Positions 12,430 to 24,797 of a stretch of DNA of 64,000 nt are shown in pieces. Below the pieces are notes generated by a model. The model had not been told where the DNA came from and made no database searches. It saw only the letters and a list, made by a program, of their open reading frames with translations. This DNA is from Lingula anatina (Eukaryota; Animalia; Brachiopoda). The DNA lies in contig CM120643.1 in NCBI GenBank assembly GCA_051362555.1, positions 7,626,001 through 7,690,000 of the forward strand, given 5' to 3'. Positions within the stretch are counted from its first letter, which is position 1. The number at the start of each line of letters is the position of its first letter. Position numbers and translations under genes: made by a program.

Positions 12430-14940
12430 ATAGAACAATTTTAAATATCTAATTTCCTCCTTTCTGAGACTCTGAACACAGTGAAGGATTGAATCTGACA
12501 AACTATACACTAATATAATTTTATTTCCATTTTTGATTCTTTATTTCAAGATACAGGATAACAGATTTTACCATCATTTTAATATAAACAAGTAACAAAA
12601 TTGTTAAGATGCAGAAAATGTCAAAAGAACATGTTTACATATGCAATTAGTTCAATTGAGACGTTTAACATGCCGAAGAATTGAAAATGGCATAGGTGAC
12701 AGCAATGTACAGACATGGCTGTAAATAAAAATCATATATAAGTGAATGTTGCAATGGTGTGGGACAAATTTTCTTCCAGCCTTCTTAAAGCTTTTATATT
12801 TGTACAACATTAATAAAATTTCCATCTGAAGACTTCTAAATGTATGTCATATGACATACAGTTTAATACCAGAAAGACAAAGCATCAATATGTCTTGTAT
12901 ACTGTAAAATAAAAAATTATCTTCTACCCTTTTCTGAACCAAAACAAAAGTTCTTGGAATGTTGAGTACACCAAGCAAGCCAACACAGATGTATTACTAG
13001 GATTATGTATTAAAGCAAACTGCAAAGTGCTATTTTGGATTTTCATCTGGATTCTTCATTTCAACTCTGCTGTTATATTGACTAAGCTGTATCATTTGCC
13101 CTCACATTTTTAAATACAACAAAAAATATCATTATTACGGGTTAAATAAGCTCTTCAGATAATACTTGTCATAGAACTTTTTTGTTGGTTGTATTTGGGT
13201 TAGCACTTCTTTTAATTCAGTCCATTAATCCAGTTAATATAGGTGCTAACTACTATGTAATAATACAGTCTCATTGTTACGTCTTGCAATCTGTAAAGCC
13301 TACAGATTAATTAAGATTTTAAAAATCTGTTAACTGATTTCTTATTGTTAAATCAGCAACAAACAAACCAAACACTGGTATAACAGTTCTTTGAGGAATA
13401 TTTTATTTGCAAGCATGAGGGCTAAAGCTTCTGCAAATTGCAACTTCAGCACGAACACTATATTCAAACAGGAGGACTTACTCTTCAATAGCGTAACATT
13501 TTATCTGGAATTATTTAGTATATAGGAATTCCAATTCTTCATCAGAGCTGGAAAGCTGCACCCATACAAGAACAAATATTTTATATGGGTTTAATAAAGT
13601 TTCATCATAACTACCAACTTAATAATAAAGTTTCATCATAACTACCAACATCTATTCTGCTCTGTGCGAGATATATTCCCTCTCGCACTTTGCTGCATCT
13701 GATCATCAATAAATTTTATGCTAAAAAAAAATCTTTGGTCTCATAAATCTGTATCAGTGACTAAAACAACATCAGTGTTGTAATCGTTTTTCATTACTGA
13801 AGTACAGACGTCTTTGTGTGGACTGCGATCTCTAATGACTGGTTGTTTGCTACCCCATTGGAGTGAGTGGGGCTGGTCATGTCCTTTTTGTTTTTTTCAT
13901 GGATTTAGCAGGTTCTAATCCTGTTTTATTGTCATACACTGGGATGGAGAAATTGGTTGGTTTGTTGTAGTCTTCCAAATTCTCCATTTTGTTGTACTTT
14001 GGTTCCATTGCATCCTATGAGAAAAAAAGATGAGCAGTTTAGACCAATGGATAAAAAGAAAATTTAAAGTTAATGAAGCAAAAAAAGTTTTCCCAGGCAA
14101 TTTGTGAAAAAAAAAAAATTGACAAAAGAAATTAAAAAAAAAAGATGAAGCTGTACACATGCTTTTCTACTATATATACAAAATACTGAATACTTCAAAG
14201 TTTCTAATCTTCTGTCTTTTGTCTCAACTGAGTATCAAGATTAAACCCTCAAATCTTTTACTGATCACATTTCTATACAATATGTGACTATGTTTACCCC
14301 ATTCTGTGCCACAGAGCTGTCATATATACAAATTCTGGCATGCTGATTGCCAGGTCATTTCCTCCATGGAAAGCCATCGTTCCTGCAGGTGCCCCAGTCT
14401 GAACTCGCCCCCACCACTGGAATGCAGGGCCTTGCTCATACTGAAATCATAGCAACATCTATTTCAATATCCAGGGGAATCATTTGATATCATTACCAAA
14501 AGATTAAGATCTGGACTTATAATAAATATCAAATGAATTACAAATAAATTGCTGTATTGATTATACCTGATGTGCCTTGAAGCAAAATCTGTTTGATGAT
14601 GAATAACTTATTTTCTAAGATGTATTTGATATCATCTAAGATGGCTTTCACAAATCTTTCCTAAAATTCTTTGCAAGAGTGAGAAAGAGAGAGAGGGGCA
14701 GAGAAAGAGAAATCTGACCCTCTTCTTTGCAGAAAAAGGCACACAACTTTTATGACCTCTAATAAGATGACAACAAGTATAATGGAGACCACAGTGGCAG
14801 CTGTGTCTGAAATAACATATTTACTGGGAATGTTTCAACTCAGAAAGGGAAATAATTCATCGAGAAAGTAAAATCAAAATTCTGAATCACAAAATGAATA
14901 TATTTTATCCAAAACTGAATACTTTTACATATAGCTAAAT

Positions 14941-15168
14941 ACACCCCATTTCCATAGATTTTTAGATCGATCTATCCCTGTGGGGAGTCTCACTAGATTA
15001 CTGTCAGCTTGGCCGGCTTAAGCGTCTGTCCCGCCTACTAAAAGCTCTAAGGGGGTAATTAACTATGGTGTCCGCTCGGCTGACTGCAATTTAGCCTGAA
15101 CCCCCAGGGAGTTAGGTCGATCTAAAACTTAATCTTTAGATCGATCTAAATCTCTGGGAAAGCACCCA
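14941..15168 (+). mobile_element. MITE (PIF/Harbinger-like), copy 1
   Basis: Imperfect TIRs with TTTAGATCGATCTA subterminal motifs; inverted copy at 19561-19807. Confidence 0.75.
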
Positions 15169-15729
15169 TAGACATTTCTAGTCATTTTATATAAAAAAAA
15201 AGACATGAACATATATATATACAAATATAAGTCTGTCCAGTAAATATATCTGGAATAAAATGCGTAACACATAAACATATTTTAAATAAGATATAAATAA
15301 ATCAATTAGTTATATCAAACATGAGTATGAAGTCCTTGACTTTTTATCTAGCCATAAACATTTTATTTGTATTATTATCATTATATATTTACAAAATTTT
15401 AAGTTCTTTTTTAACCATTTAGGACAAATTCCTATTTATCTTACGTATATTATGCTTATGAAACATAATGAGAGAAATAAATCATAACTCAAAATAACCT
15501 TGTCCAAAAATTAATATTAAGGGCAAAATAAACGAAAAGAGGAAACTACTTTGCTAAGATATGCCTAGAATCATAGTATAATAGTGGAGAAGACTAGAAG
15601 AGAAAACATGTACACAGGCTTACATGTGCATCACCAGACATGTATACAGTGCATATATGCAGTTCTCACTAGAACACACTCTACTATGTTATCCCAAGGT
15701 AATGTTTGTTTTCAGGTTTCTCTTACCCG

Positions 15730-17610
15730 AAAATTCCAGGACTTAAAATAGTTAAATGTTAATAATTTTGTCAAATCTTGTCCAATATTTCTGAAAATTG
15801 TATAAATGATGCTTAACAACAATAAAAATCTGTGATTAGATGATCTGTTGACTGTATCTAATGAAAAGGGATTTTTGGGACAACAAATTTGGGACAACTG
15901 AAATTTACATTGAGAAGACTGGCAAAACACAGGACTTTAAAATAGTTAAAAGTTAATAATTTTGTCAAATCTTGTCCAATATTTCTGAAACTTGTACAAA
16001 TAATGCTTAACAACATTAAATATCTGTGATAAGCTGATCAAATGACTGTGTCTAATGAAAAGTATCTTCTTGCGACAATATCTTTGAAAAAACTAAAAAT
16101 TACACTGAAAGCGCTGGCAAATTCCAGGACTTAAAATAGATAAACGTTAATAATTTTGTCAAATCTTGTCCACTATTTCTGAAATTTGTACAAATGATGC
16201 TTAACAACAATAAAAATCTGTGATGAGATGATCTGTTGACTGTATCTAATGAAAAGTGTTTTTGGGGACAATTAATTTGGGACAACTGAAATTTACATTG
16301 AGAAGACTGGCAAAACACAGGACTTTAAAATAGTTAAACGTTAATAATTTTGTCAAATCTTGTCCAGTGTTTCTGAAATTTGTACAAATGATTCTTAACA
16401 ACAATAAAAATCTGTGATAGGCTGATCAAATGACTGTGTTTAATGAAAAAGTATCTTCTTCTGACAATATCTTTGAAAAAACTGAAAATTACATTGAAAA
16501 CAATGGCAAATTTCATGGCTTAAAATAGTTAAATGTTAATAATTTTGCAATGTGATTATAAAATAAAATAGCAATTGGATGACTTAATGTTGTTTGTGTA
16601 AGAAGTTGCAAATTACCTATAACTGTTATCTGGAAAACAATATGTACCCATACAAGACTTCTCCTTACTATCAATGTCAGATGCAGATTACTCCTTACAA
16701 TGGGTTTCTGGAATGGGTTGTTGTTATCACAGTACTTGACAATGTCCTAAATCTTGTCACATATCATGTATTGTACACATGGATAAGACATAGTGCTGCT
16801 CTTGGTGCTGTCTTTCACTGCCTGCTTTTTCATAGTAAAGGTACTCTGGAAAAAGAACAATATAACTGAAAAAACTGAAAATTACATTGAAAAGACTGGC
16901 AAATCCCAGGACTTAAAATAGTTAAATGATAATAATTTTGTCAAATCTAGTCCAATATTTCTGAAAATTGTACATATGATGCTTAACAACAATAAAAATC
17001 TGTGATAAGATGATCAGTTGACTGTATCTGATGAAAAAGGATTTTTGGGACAACAAATTTGGGACAACTGAAATTTACATTGAGAAGACTGGCAAAACAC
17101 AGGACTTTAAAATAGTTAAAGGTTAATAATTTTGTCAAACATTGTCCAATATTTCTGAAACTTGTACAAATAATGCTTAACAACATTAAATATCTGTGAT
17201 AAGCTGATCAAATGACTGTGTCTAATGAAAAGTATCTTCTTGCGACAATATCTTTGAAAAAACTAAAAATTACACTGAAAACGCTGGCAAATTCCAGGAC
17301 TTAAAATAGATAAACGTTAATAATTTTGTCAAATCTTGTCCACTATTTCTGAAATTTGTACAAATGATGCTTAACAACAATAAAAATCTGTGATTAGATG
17401 ATCTGTTGACTGTATCTAATGAAAAGTGTTTTTGGGACAACATATTTGGGAAAACTGAAATTTACATTAAAAAGACAGGCAAATCCCAGGACTTAAAATA
17501 GTTAAATGTTAATAATTTTGTCAAATCTTGTCCAGTGTTTCTGAAATTTTTACAAATGATGCTTAACAACAATAAAAATCTGTGATAAGCTGATCAATCA
17601 TCTGTGTCTT
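15730..17610. repeat. ~194-bp satellite arranged as A/B dimers, interrupted by a ~300-bp unit
   Basis: CAGGACTTAAAATAGTTAAA.. starts near 15736, 15929, 16124, 16318, 16513, 16907, 17099, 17295 and 17487; more monomers at ~18350 and 20510-20790. Confidence 0.92.
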
Positions 17611-17991
17611 TTTTAAGTGTCAAGTATATTGGAAATTGATAATCAGAATAGTGAGAATTAACCAAAAGAAATATTTCAGTATTGCAATGTATTATTTACT
17701 TTTAAAGAAAACAGCAAATGTGATGATTTGAGTTTGTTTGTGTAAGAGGTTGCAAATTACCTGTAACTGTCATCTGTAAATCAATATATACCCATTCAAG
17801 ACTTCTTCTTGCTATCAATGCCAGATGCAGATAACTCCTCACAATGGGTTTCTGGAATGGGTTGCCGTTAGCAAAATATTTGACAATGTCCTAAATCTTG
17901 CCACATATCACATATTGTACACATGGATAAGACATACTGCTGCTTTTGCTGCTGTCTTTCACTGCCTGCTTTTTCATAGTAAGGGTACTCT

Positions 17992-18326
17992 CAGACATGC
18001 TGAAACTGTCGGTCCGATCGGTCATGACTGGCAAAATTTGTCTGGACTGATAAAAAATTGGACTTGGTCGGTCCAAAGGACCGACAAGAGTTTTGAATTT
18101 CCAGTCATCGTTCGATGTACTTCAAGAATAAAATTATATAAAACCCAAAGCATTTTCCATTTCAAACTGACCACATTCACAAACAAAGTGAGCTACCTAA
18201 TTGCAGTATCCGTCTCAAAAAAAATTGGGTGATTTCCGGTCTGGCAAAAATCCATTCAGTCCAGCAAATTTTTCATTACTGCCGGTCCAAATGTCCAGCC
18301 ATTCTGAAAAGTTTTCAGCATGTCTG
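17992..18326. mobile_element. hAT-like MITE with 6-bp TSD (TACTCT)
   Basis: TIRs CAGACATGCTGAAA / TTTCAGCATGTCTG; TACTCT on both sides; empty paralogous site at ~16841. Confidence 0.88.
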
Positions 18327-18539
18327 TACTCTGAAAAAAGAAGAACATAATTAACTGAAAAAACTGAAAATTACATTGATAAGACTAGCAAATCCCCTAT
18401 AAATTACCTATAACTGTCATCTGGAAAACAATATATACCCATACAAAACTTCTCCTTACTATCAATGCCAGATGCAGATTACTACTTACAATGGGTTTCT
18501 GGAATGAATTGCTGGTAACTGTGACCTTGAAATTGATCT

Positions 18540-18905
18540 TTACACTGGCAAACAATGTTAGTTTTAAAAATATTAGACATGATCCTGTCTACCACTTCCT
18601 TGGTAGAATATCCTCCCAGTGTGGCAAGGTGGTTTGACTATTGAAATAAATATAAAACCTTAATTAGTATAGCAGATTTATATATATACATACAACAAAT
18701 GGTAAGTGTTCAGATTAAAATATATTTAATTTAATCATTTATCAAATAACCATTTTAAAAAAAATCAACTTTATAATTTATTCCATAGGTAGCTTCAGCA
18801 CAACAATCACTACATTAATCATACTATTATTTTTTTAAAACTTACCAGTAATTTCATTTTATGCTTATCTTTAAGTGTGTTTTCAACCCTTGCCACATCT
18901 CTAGT
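18540..18905 (-). pseudogene. Two spliced exons encoding a DUF4806-like fragment (accessory ORF of animal EnSpm-type elements)
   Basis: Exons 18905-18846 and 18637-18540 with AG/GT sites give TRDVARVENTLKDKHKMKLL|SNHLATLGGYSTKEVVDRIMSNIFKTNIV. Confidence 0.6.
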
Positions 18906-19207
18906 CTACATAGGAAACTTAATTATATTTTAGCAGCTTTTTCAGCTTTTGCAGCAGCAATTTTCACCTTGATTGCTTTATTTCTATCAGGTCCATGGTG
19001 ACAGTCCATGATGATTTCACTGAAAATCATAAAAGGTATCAAATTCTAACTGTCCAAATGAAGTATCTTGTCTTTGATTCCATCTTATCATTTTGGTTGA
19101 GAATTTCCAGTCTCATCTTACAAATTGCACCATTCCATCATATTTATATAATATTAATCAGCAAAACATGTTGTATTTTGCATGCAGATCTGAGGATTGT
19201 TGCTTAC

Positions 19208-19387
19208 CAGAAAACACAATGTCCTCAAATTTCTCTTCCACTGCCAGGGCCTCCCGACACCAGTTTACTCTTTTCGGACGGTTGATCAATCTTACAAGTT
19301 GACAGTAGCCTTAACTAGCTTTCCCACTCTTCATCCAGTCAATCGTCTTTCTAAATCTCCACACAGCGCTGGATGATACAAGCAGAC
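19208..19387 (-). pseudogene. Tc1/mariner transposase exon fragment
   Basis: SSAVWRFRKTIDW..YCQLVRLINRPKRVNWCREALAVEEKFEDIVFS, bounded by AG/GT; paralog at 56730-56832. Confidence 0.78.
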
Positions 19388-19560
19388 CTGTTACAACAAA
19401 CAAAAAAGAGGAGGATTTATATGAACTTTCAGTCAATAAAATTTTTTCTTCATATATACAAGTGATTATTTATTTACAAATTAAATCAATACAACTAGGT
19501 AAGGTATTGCAAGTGCAGGTACTTCGACAATTATAATAGTCCAAAAAAGAAAAACATCTT

Positions 19561-19807
19561 TGACTGCATTTCAAGAGATTTAGATCGATCCATCTGGATC
19601 GACCCAACTCCCTGGGGGTTCAAGCTAAATTGCTGTAAGCCGAGCGTGCACGACAGTTAATTACCCCCGTACAGCTTTCAGTAGGTGGGACAGACATTTA
19701 AGCCGGTTAAGCTGACACCAATCTATTTAAGCCGGTTAAGCTGACACCAATCTAGTGAGACTCCCCAGGGGGATAGATTGATCTAAATATCTATGGGAAT
19801 GGAGTCT
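19561..19807 (-). mobile_element. MITE (PIF/Harbinger-like), copy 2, inverted
   Basis: Reverse complement of 14941-15168 with a small internal duplication (TTTAAGCCGGTTAAGCTGACACCAATCTA x2). Confidence 0.75.
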
Positions 19808-20251
19808 TTTACCTATGACTTCAATCAAGTATGTGTGACTAGAATACTTCCACAGTCCCTCAGCACTGAACCCAAAAAAAATCTGTCTTTAAAACAAATA
19901 TAATTTTGCAACAGTTGTTAAACTGTGATATTTTCCATTAATATGTCAAATGTTCAGTTTTCATTCCACGTTCATACTTTTACCCTCCTTCTGCTGCTAC
20001 ATGTTGCTGTGGATGGCAGTGTGACAGCAGCCCTGGTGCTAGCTGTTGTTGTTGTTGCAGTTGGGCTGTCACTTGAGATATCATTATCATCATCATCATC
20101 TTCATCATCATTGCCTACTAATTAATTAATTAATTTTTTTTTTTTTTTTTTTTACAAAACCCACCAAGAGCAGGCAAATCTTCTAGATCAATTGTGCATA
20201 CTGGTTCTGTGAATCCACAGATCGCAGTGTCTAAGCACAATATTTGACAAT

Positions 20252-20488
20252 GGGAGTATTCACATCAAAAGTGCTGAGGTCTAGTAAGGCTGCGACCTAA
20301 ATATGGCATCCCTGCAGGGGCACAGTAACTATCTCGGCTCAATTCTACCGGTCGAGGGACAACGCGTGGGGAGGCATGTGAGAGGCGGAGAGACCACTAC
20401 AGGATAAGCGGTCTTCCTTTCATGTAGGTCCGCCATATTTAGGTTGAAGCCTTACTAGACCTCGGCTCTTCTCGATGTGAATGCTCCC
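20252..20488. mobile_element. MITE with ~55-bp TIRs (GGGAG..CTCCC) and 3-bp AAT TSD
   Basis: TIRs GGGAGTATTCACATC..GGTCTAGTAAGGCT..ACCTAAATATGGC and its reverse; empty site TTTGACAATGTCCTAAATCTTG at ~17879. Confidence 0.9.
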
Positions 20489-20849
20489 AATGTCCTAAAT
20501 CTTGAAACATCCCATGACTTAAAATAGTTAAACGTTATTCATTTTGTCAAACCTTGTCCAATATTTCTGAAATTTTTAAAAATGATGCTTAAAAAGAATA
20601 AAAATCTGTGATAAGCTGATCAAATGACTGTGTCTAATGAAAAGTTTCTTCTTCGGACAATATCTTTGAAAAAACTGGAAATTACACTGAAAACACTGGC
20701 AAATTCCACGACTCAAAACAGTTAAACGTTAATAATTTTGACGAATCTTGTCCAATGTTTCTGAAATCTATACAAATGATGCTTAACAATAACAAGGCAG
20801 CAAAGCTGTCAAATGTACAGACAAAAAAAAAGGAAAAAACAAAATAGGG

Positions 20850-21660
20850 TACAGTCAATTCTGATGCAAAAGTACATTATGTTAAACTGCAAATTCAACA
20901 TCAAATTTTAATTATGCTCAACAGGTAATTCCAATGTAAGTAAAATGTGTAACAAGCATAAGGCTTCAGCCCCATAGGAGTTCAAGTTGACACTCTGAAA
21001 ATGTATAACTTCCAGAAAAAGAAGTCAATTAGACTGCTTTTCCAACTCAGGCTGCATTTTAGTCCTGTAATTCTTTTTTGAAAGTTTGGCAATCATAAAT
21101 AACATGGTTTTCCCATAATGGTTTTCATGGCAGCAGCACCCAAAATTGTGAGTTCTTCTATTCTGATGCAATATTACATAATGGTTAACAGCATAATGAC
21201 AATCAATTTTTAATAATAAAATAAAGGTATCATGGATTTTCAGAAAATGTGACTAGCATGGGTCTTCAAGCCTGTGGAACTTCAAAGTCACACCTTGAAA
21301 ATGCCAATATGTGAAAAATTAAACTTTCACAAAGAAAACTGTTTAACCGGCAGAAAGAATTACCAAACAGATTGCATTGCCTACTGAAGCTGTATTTTAG
21401 TCCCATGTTTCTTTCCTGTAAGTTTGAGAACAGTAAGTGACATGGTTTTTCTTAAATGGTCATCATGGGAGCAGTGCCAAAAAGTTTTTTTTTTTAATCT
21501 TGATGCAATATTACATAACATTTAACAGCTTAATGACCTTCAATTTTTAATAATAAAATATTAGTATCATGGATATTCAGAAAATGTGACTAGCAAAGGT
21601 CTTCAGGCCCATAGAACTTCAAAGTCAGAACTTGTAAATGCCAAAATGTAAACAAGACAG
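20850..21660. repeat. Diverged ~300-340-bp tandem triplication
   Basis: TGATGCAA.A.TACAT at 20862, 21164 and 21501, each followed by similar sequence. Confidence 0.75.
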
Positions 21661-22001
21661 CACTGCTCTGAAATGATTTTTTTTCCATTTTTAACAATTT
21701 TTAACATAAAACTAAATTAACACTTTACCGCCATTTTTATATGATCAACTAAAAAAATTAATGAGATGGGAAAAATATCAATAGAGCAGTGTTAAATGTC
21801 CAATTTCTTCCATTCTGAGATTCTGAACATAGTGAATGATTGAATCTGACAAACTGCAATGATATGAGTTTATTTCCATTTTTGAAACTTCATTACACAA
21901 TACACGATAACAAGTTTACCATCATTTTTACAAAATCAACTAACAATGTTGTAAAGATGCTGGAAATGTCAAACAAACACTTTTATGTATCTTATTAGTT
22001 A

Positions 22002-22560
22002 TTATTTTTTTTTTATTGCATATCTCAACAAACTTACAAAATTGATAAATAACTAAATAAAAAGCACTCACTCACTCTCTCACTTACTCACAAAGAGACA
22101 CTGTCATTTGCAATATATATATATATATAGGTATTGTATCATTTAAAATATTTGTCAACAATGATATATAATCTAATAATAAAATACTTGATAATAACTA
22201 ATAAATACTATGATCTAATTCAGATAAAAACTAATATGTGTTTTACTATCAAATATCGGCAGGGGAACATACGACAGAAGATATCAGTCTAGGAAGAGAG
22301 ATTGCAGCTTTTTCCATTTTTCATTAAATTTATCTATTGTCATGTTTCTTAGACTTATATTTCTCTCTATGATGTAGGCCTGTCTCCATTCTATTTTAAT
22401 ATTTTCTATGTTTGGGGTAATGTTTTTCATTTTAAATTTATATATAATAAATTTTGTTATTATCAGTAAACTGTTGAGCGCATTGCACTTCAAATTTGGA
22501 ATTCTTAGAATTATATCAGATGCTGTTAATTATAATACTTGTCCAGTCTTTAAGTGGATC
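22002..22560 (-). mobile_element. 5'-truncated L1/Tx1 non-LTR retrotransposon with 13-bp TSD
   Basis: ORF2 C-terminus NSLLIITKFIIYKFKM..P..E..KFNEKW; AATAAA/poly(A) at ~22002-22017; ATCTTATTAGTTA at 21989-22001 and 22561-22573. Confidence 0.9.
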
Positions 22561-22609
22561 ATCTTATTAGTTAAATAATAAGACTGTTAACAGGCCTAAT
22601 AATTGAATT

Positions 22610-23163
22610 TGAGGAAATGTGAAAAAACAGCATAACTTCTAAAACAATGACCCGATTATGCTAATTTTCAAACTCAACCTGCATTTAAGTAAGATTGACC
22701 ACTCCTGTGAGTTTAATGACAAATAGCCTATCTGTTTTTCTTATATTGTGTTTACAGTGTTACACATATGCTAAAAAGTGAAAAAACAGCATAACTACTA
22801 AAATAGTGGCCAAATCATGCCGATTTTTGAACTTCACCTGCGTTTTAGTAATATTGATTACTCCTGTGAGTTTCATGACAACAGGCCTATTGGTTTTCTT
22901 GAAATGTGTTAACAGTGTTGTATATATGCTGAAAAGTGAAAAAACAGCATAACTTCTACAATAATGGCCCGATCATGCTGATTTTCGAACTTGACCTGCG
23001 TTTTATAAATATTCATCAGCTCTGTAAATATAAAGCCAAAAAGTAAAACTGTCTTCCACTTATCGTGTTTACAATGAAAGTGCACGGCGCCGGCATCGGC
23101 GACGACGGTGACTACAGACGCAGGTGATAGCAATATGTACAGACACATCTGTGTCTGTACATA
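22610..23163. mobile_element. Second HINE-like element end with ~159-bp internal tandem repeats
   Basis: GAAAAAACAGCATAACT at 22621, 22780 and 22938; GC-rich CGGCG block; terminal hairpin TATGTACAGACAC-ATCT-GTGTCTGTACATA. Confidence 0.65.
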
Positions 23164-23347
23164 ACAAGATGAAAAACTTGCTGAAAGGCTGTGATTAAGC
23201 AGCATTACAGATTCAAAAATTCACTGAAATATGTAAAGATCCAGAAGATAATGAAATCCACTTATGAAGCTTTATGAAACTCATGTTGTTATCTGACCAT
23301 CTTGAAAATAAGCCTGTGGTTATTGTGTTTTATTATTTTTATTTTAA

Positions 23348-23700
23348 TATAGTCCTGTGCCTCCTAGTACAGTGTAGTAGTCTGGAGTCATTGTGTTCCA
23401 TTGTGGCAGTATAGTCCTGTGTCTCCTAGTACAGTGTAGTAGTCTGGAGTCATTGTGTTCCATTGTGGCAGTATAGTCCTGTGTCTCCTAGTACAGTGTA
23501 GTAGTCTGGAGTCATTGTGTTCCATTGTGGCAGTATAGTCCTGTGTCTCCCAGTACAGTGTAGTAGCCTGGAGTCATTGTGTTCCATTGTGGCAGTATAG
23601 TCCTGTGCCTCCCAGTACAGTGTAGTAGTCTGGAGTCATTGTGTTCCATTGTGGCAGTATAGTCCTGTGCCTCCTAGTACAGTGTAGTACAGTGTAGTGT
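23348..23700. repeat. 62-bp minisatellite, ~5.6 nearly identical copies
   Basis: TATAGTCCTGTG.. at 23348, 23410, 23472, 23534, 23596 and 23658. Confidence 0.97.
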
Positions 23701-24689
23701 GGAGTCAGATAATGGTCTGGAAAAGAAAAAAAAAAAGTCAGTGATCAGGCTTTTTTCCTCAAGATCCAGAATATTACAGTAATAAAATTTCAGAAGGTTT
23801 ATTACATCAAATAAACTCCAAAGAAATATTTTAAAAAACTTACAAACTAAAGTGTTGTTGTAAGTCGAGGCTGAAGCATACACTGTACCAGTACTGATAA
23901 TAAAGAGGTGGGTTTGCAGTGTTTTCTGAAACTCAAGAGGGTCGTGCTAGTTCACGTAAGTGGACACTCCATGGGAAGTTTGTGTTATTCATAGTTCAGT
24001 TCATATATTAGTATTTCGACAGATGGCTCTAGAGGAACAAGAAGGCCTATACTTATAAATAATTTATAATAGAAGAAACAATGTCAGTTCTCCTGTTAAT
24101 TATCTCACCTTCATAAGCCATTGGGTAATTGCAGATGAAAAGGGAATGACAGAACTTGAAGTAGATGACAGCGTGCAATCTTGCCATTTCTCCATAGCAC
24201 TTTTAATCTGCAGCATCAACGTTCTGTAGCACATTGTAAAATCTTCACCAGCACATTGCATCGTGATGTGAACAGAGAACAACTAACACAGTCCAGATGT
24301 CTCATCCTAGCTCGCCGATAAAGTTTGCCAACAGAATCTATATCAAAACCATCTAAGAATAGTGTCTTGATGGAAGGTGACACTCAGTGTTCAGAACGTT
24401 TGATGAAAAGTCCGGCTTTTCAGCGTCACCCTTTGCCTACGCCATATAAAAAATTGTTGAGTATAGATGGCGCTGTGCAAGAGGTGAGACTTTGGATTTG
24501 TAATGGACTGCAGCCAGTATCAGCAACAGGTTCACCTCCTGCTTTCTAAGAAGCTCGTGTGAGGAGGGACAGAGTTCTGGAACCGCAATAGATATGACCA
24601 GGGTCCAGGCACTGTGATATATATATTACGATATATTGTGATTTCTATTTAGTAGAAAGACGCAAGGTCGAGAGCTTCAACGAAGCGTC

Positions 24690-24755
24690 AATCTGATTGG
24701 TTTAAAGTTAAGGAAACAATACAGGGACCGTCCAATGAAATTCTTTTATATAATA
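24690..24755 (+). promoter_or_regulatory. Putative promoter of the CBM20 gene
   Basis: ATTGG (~24697), CCAAT (~24732) and TATATAA (~24747) lie 50-100 bp upstream of ATG 24798. Confidence 0.45.
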
Positions 24756-24797
24756 ATTATTCCTGTTTATTGTTTTAGTAAACAAAGCAAAGAAACA

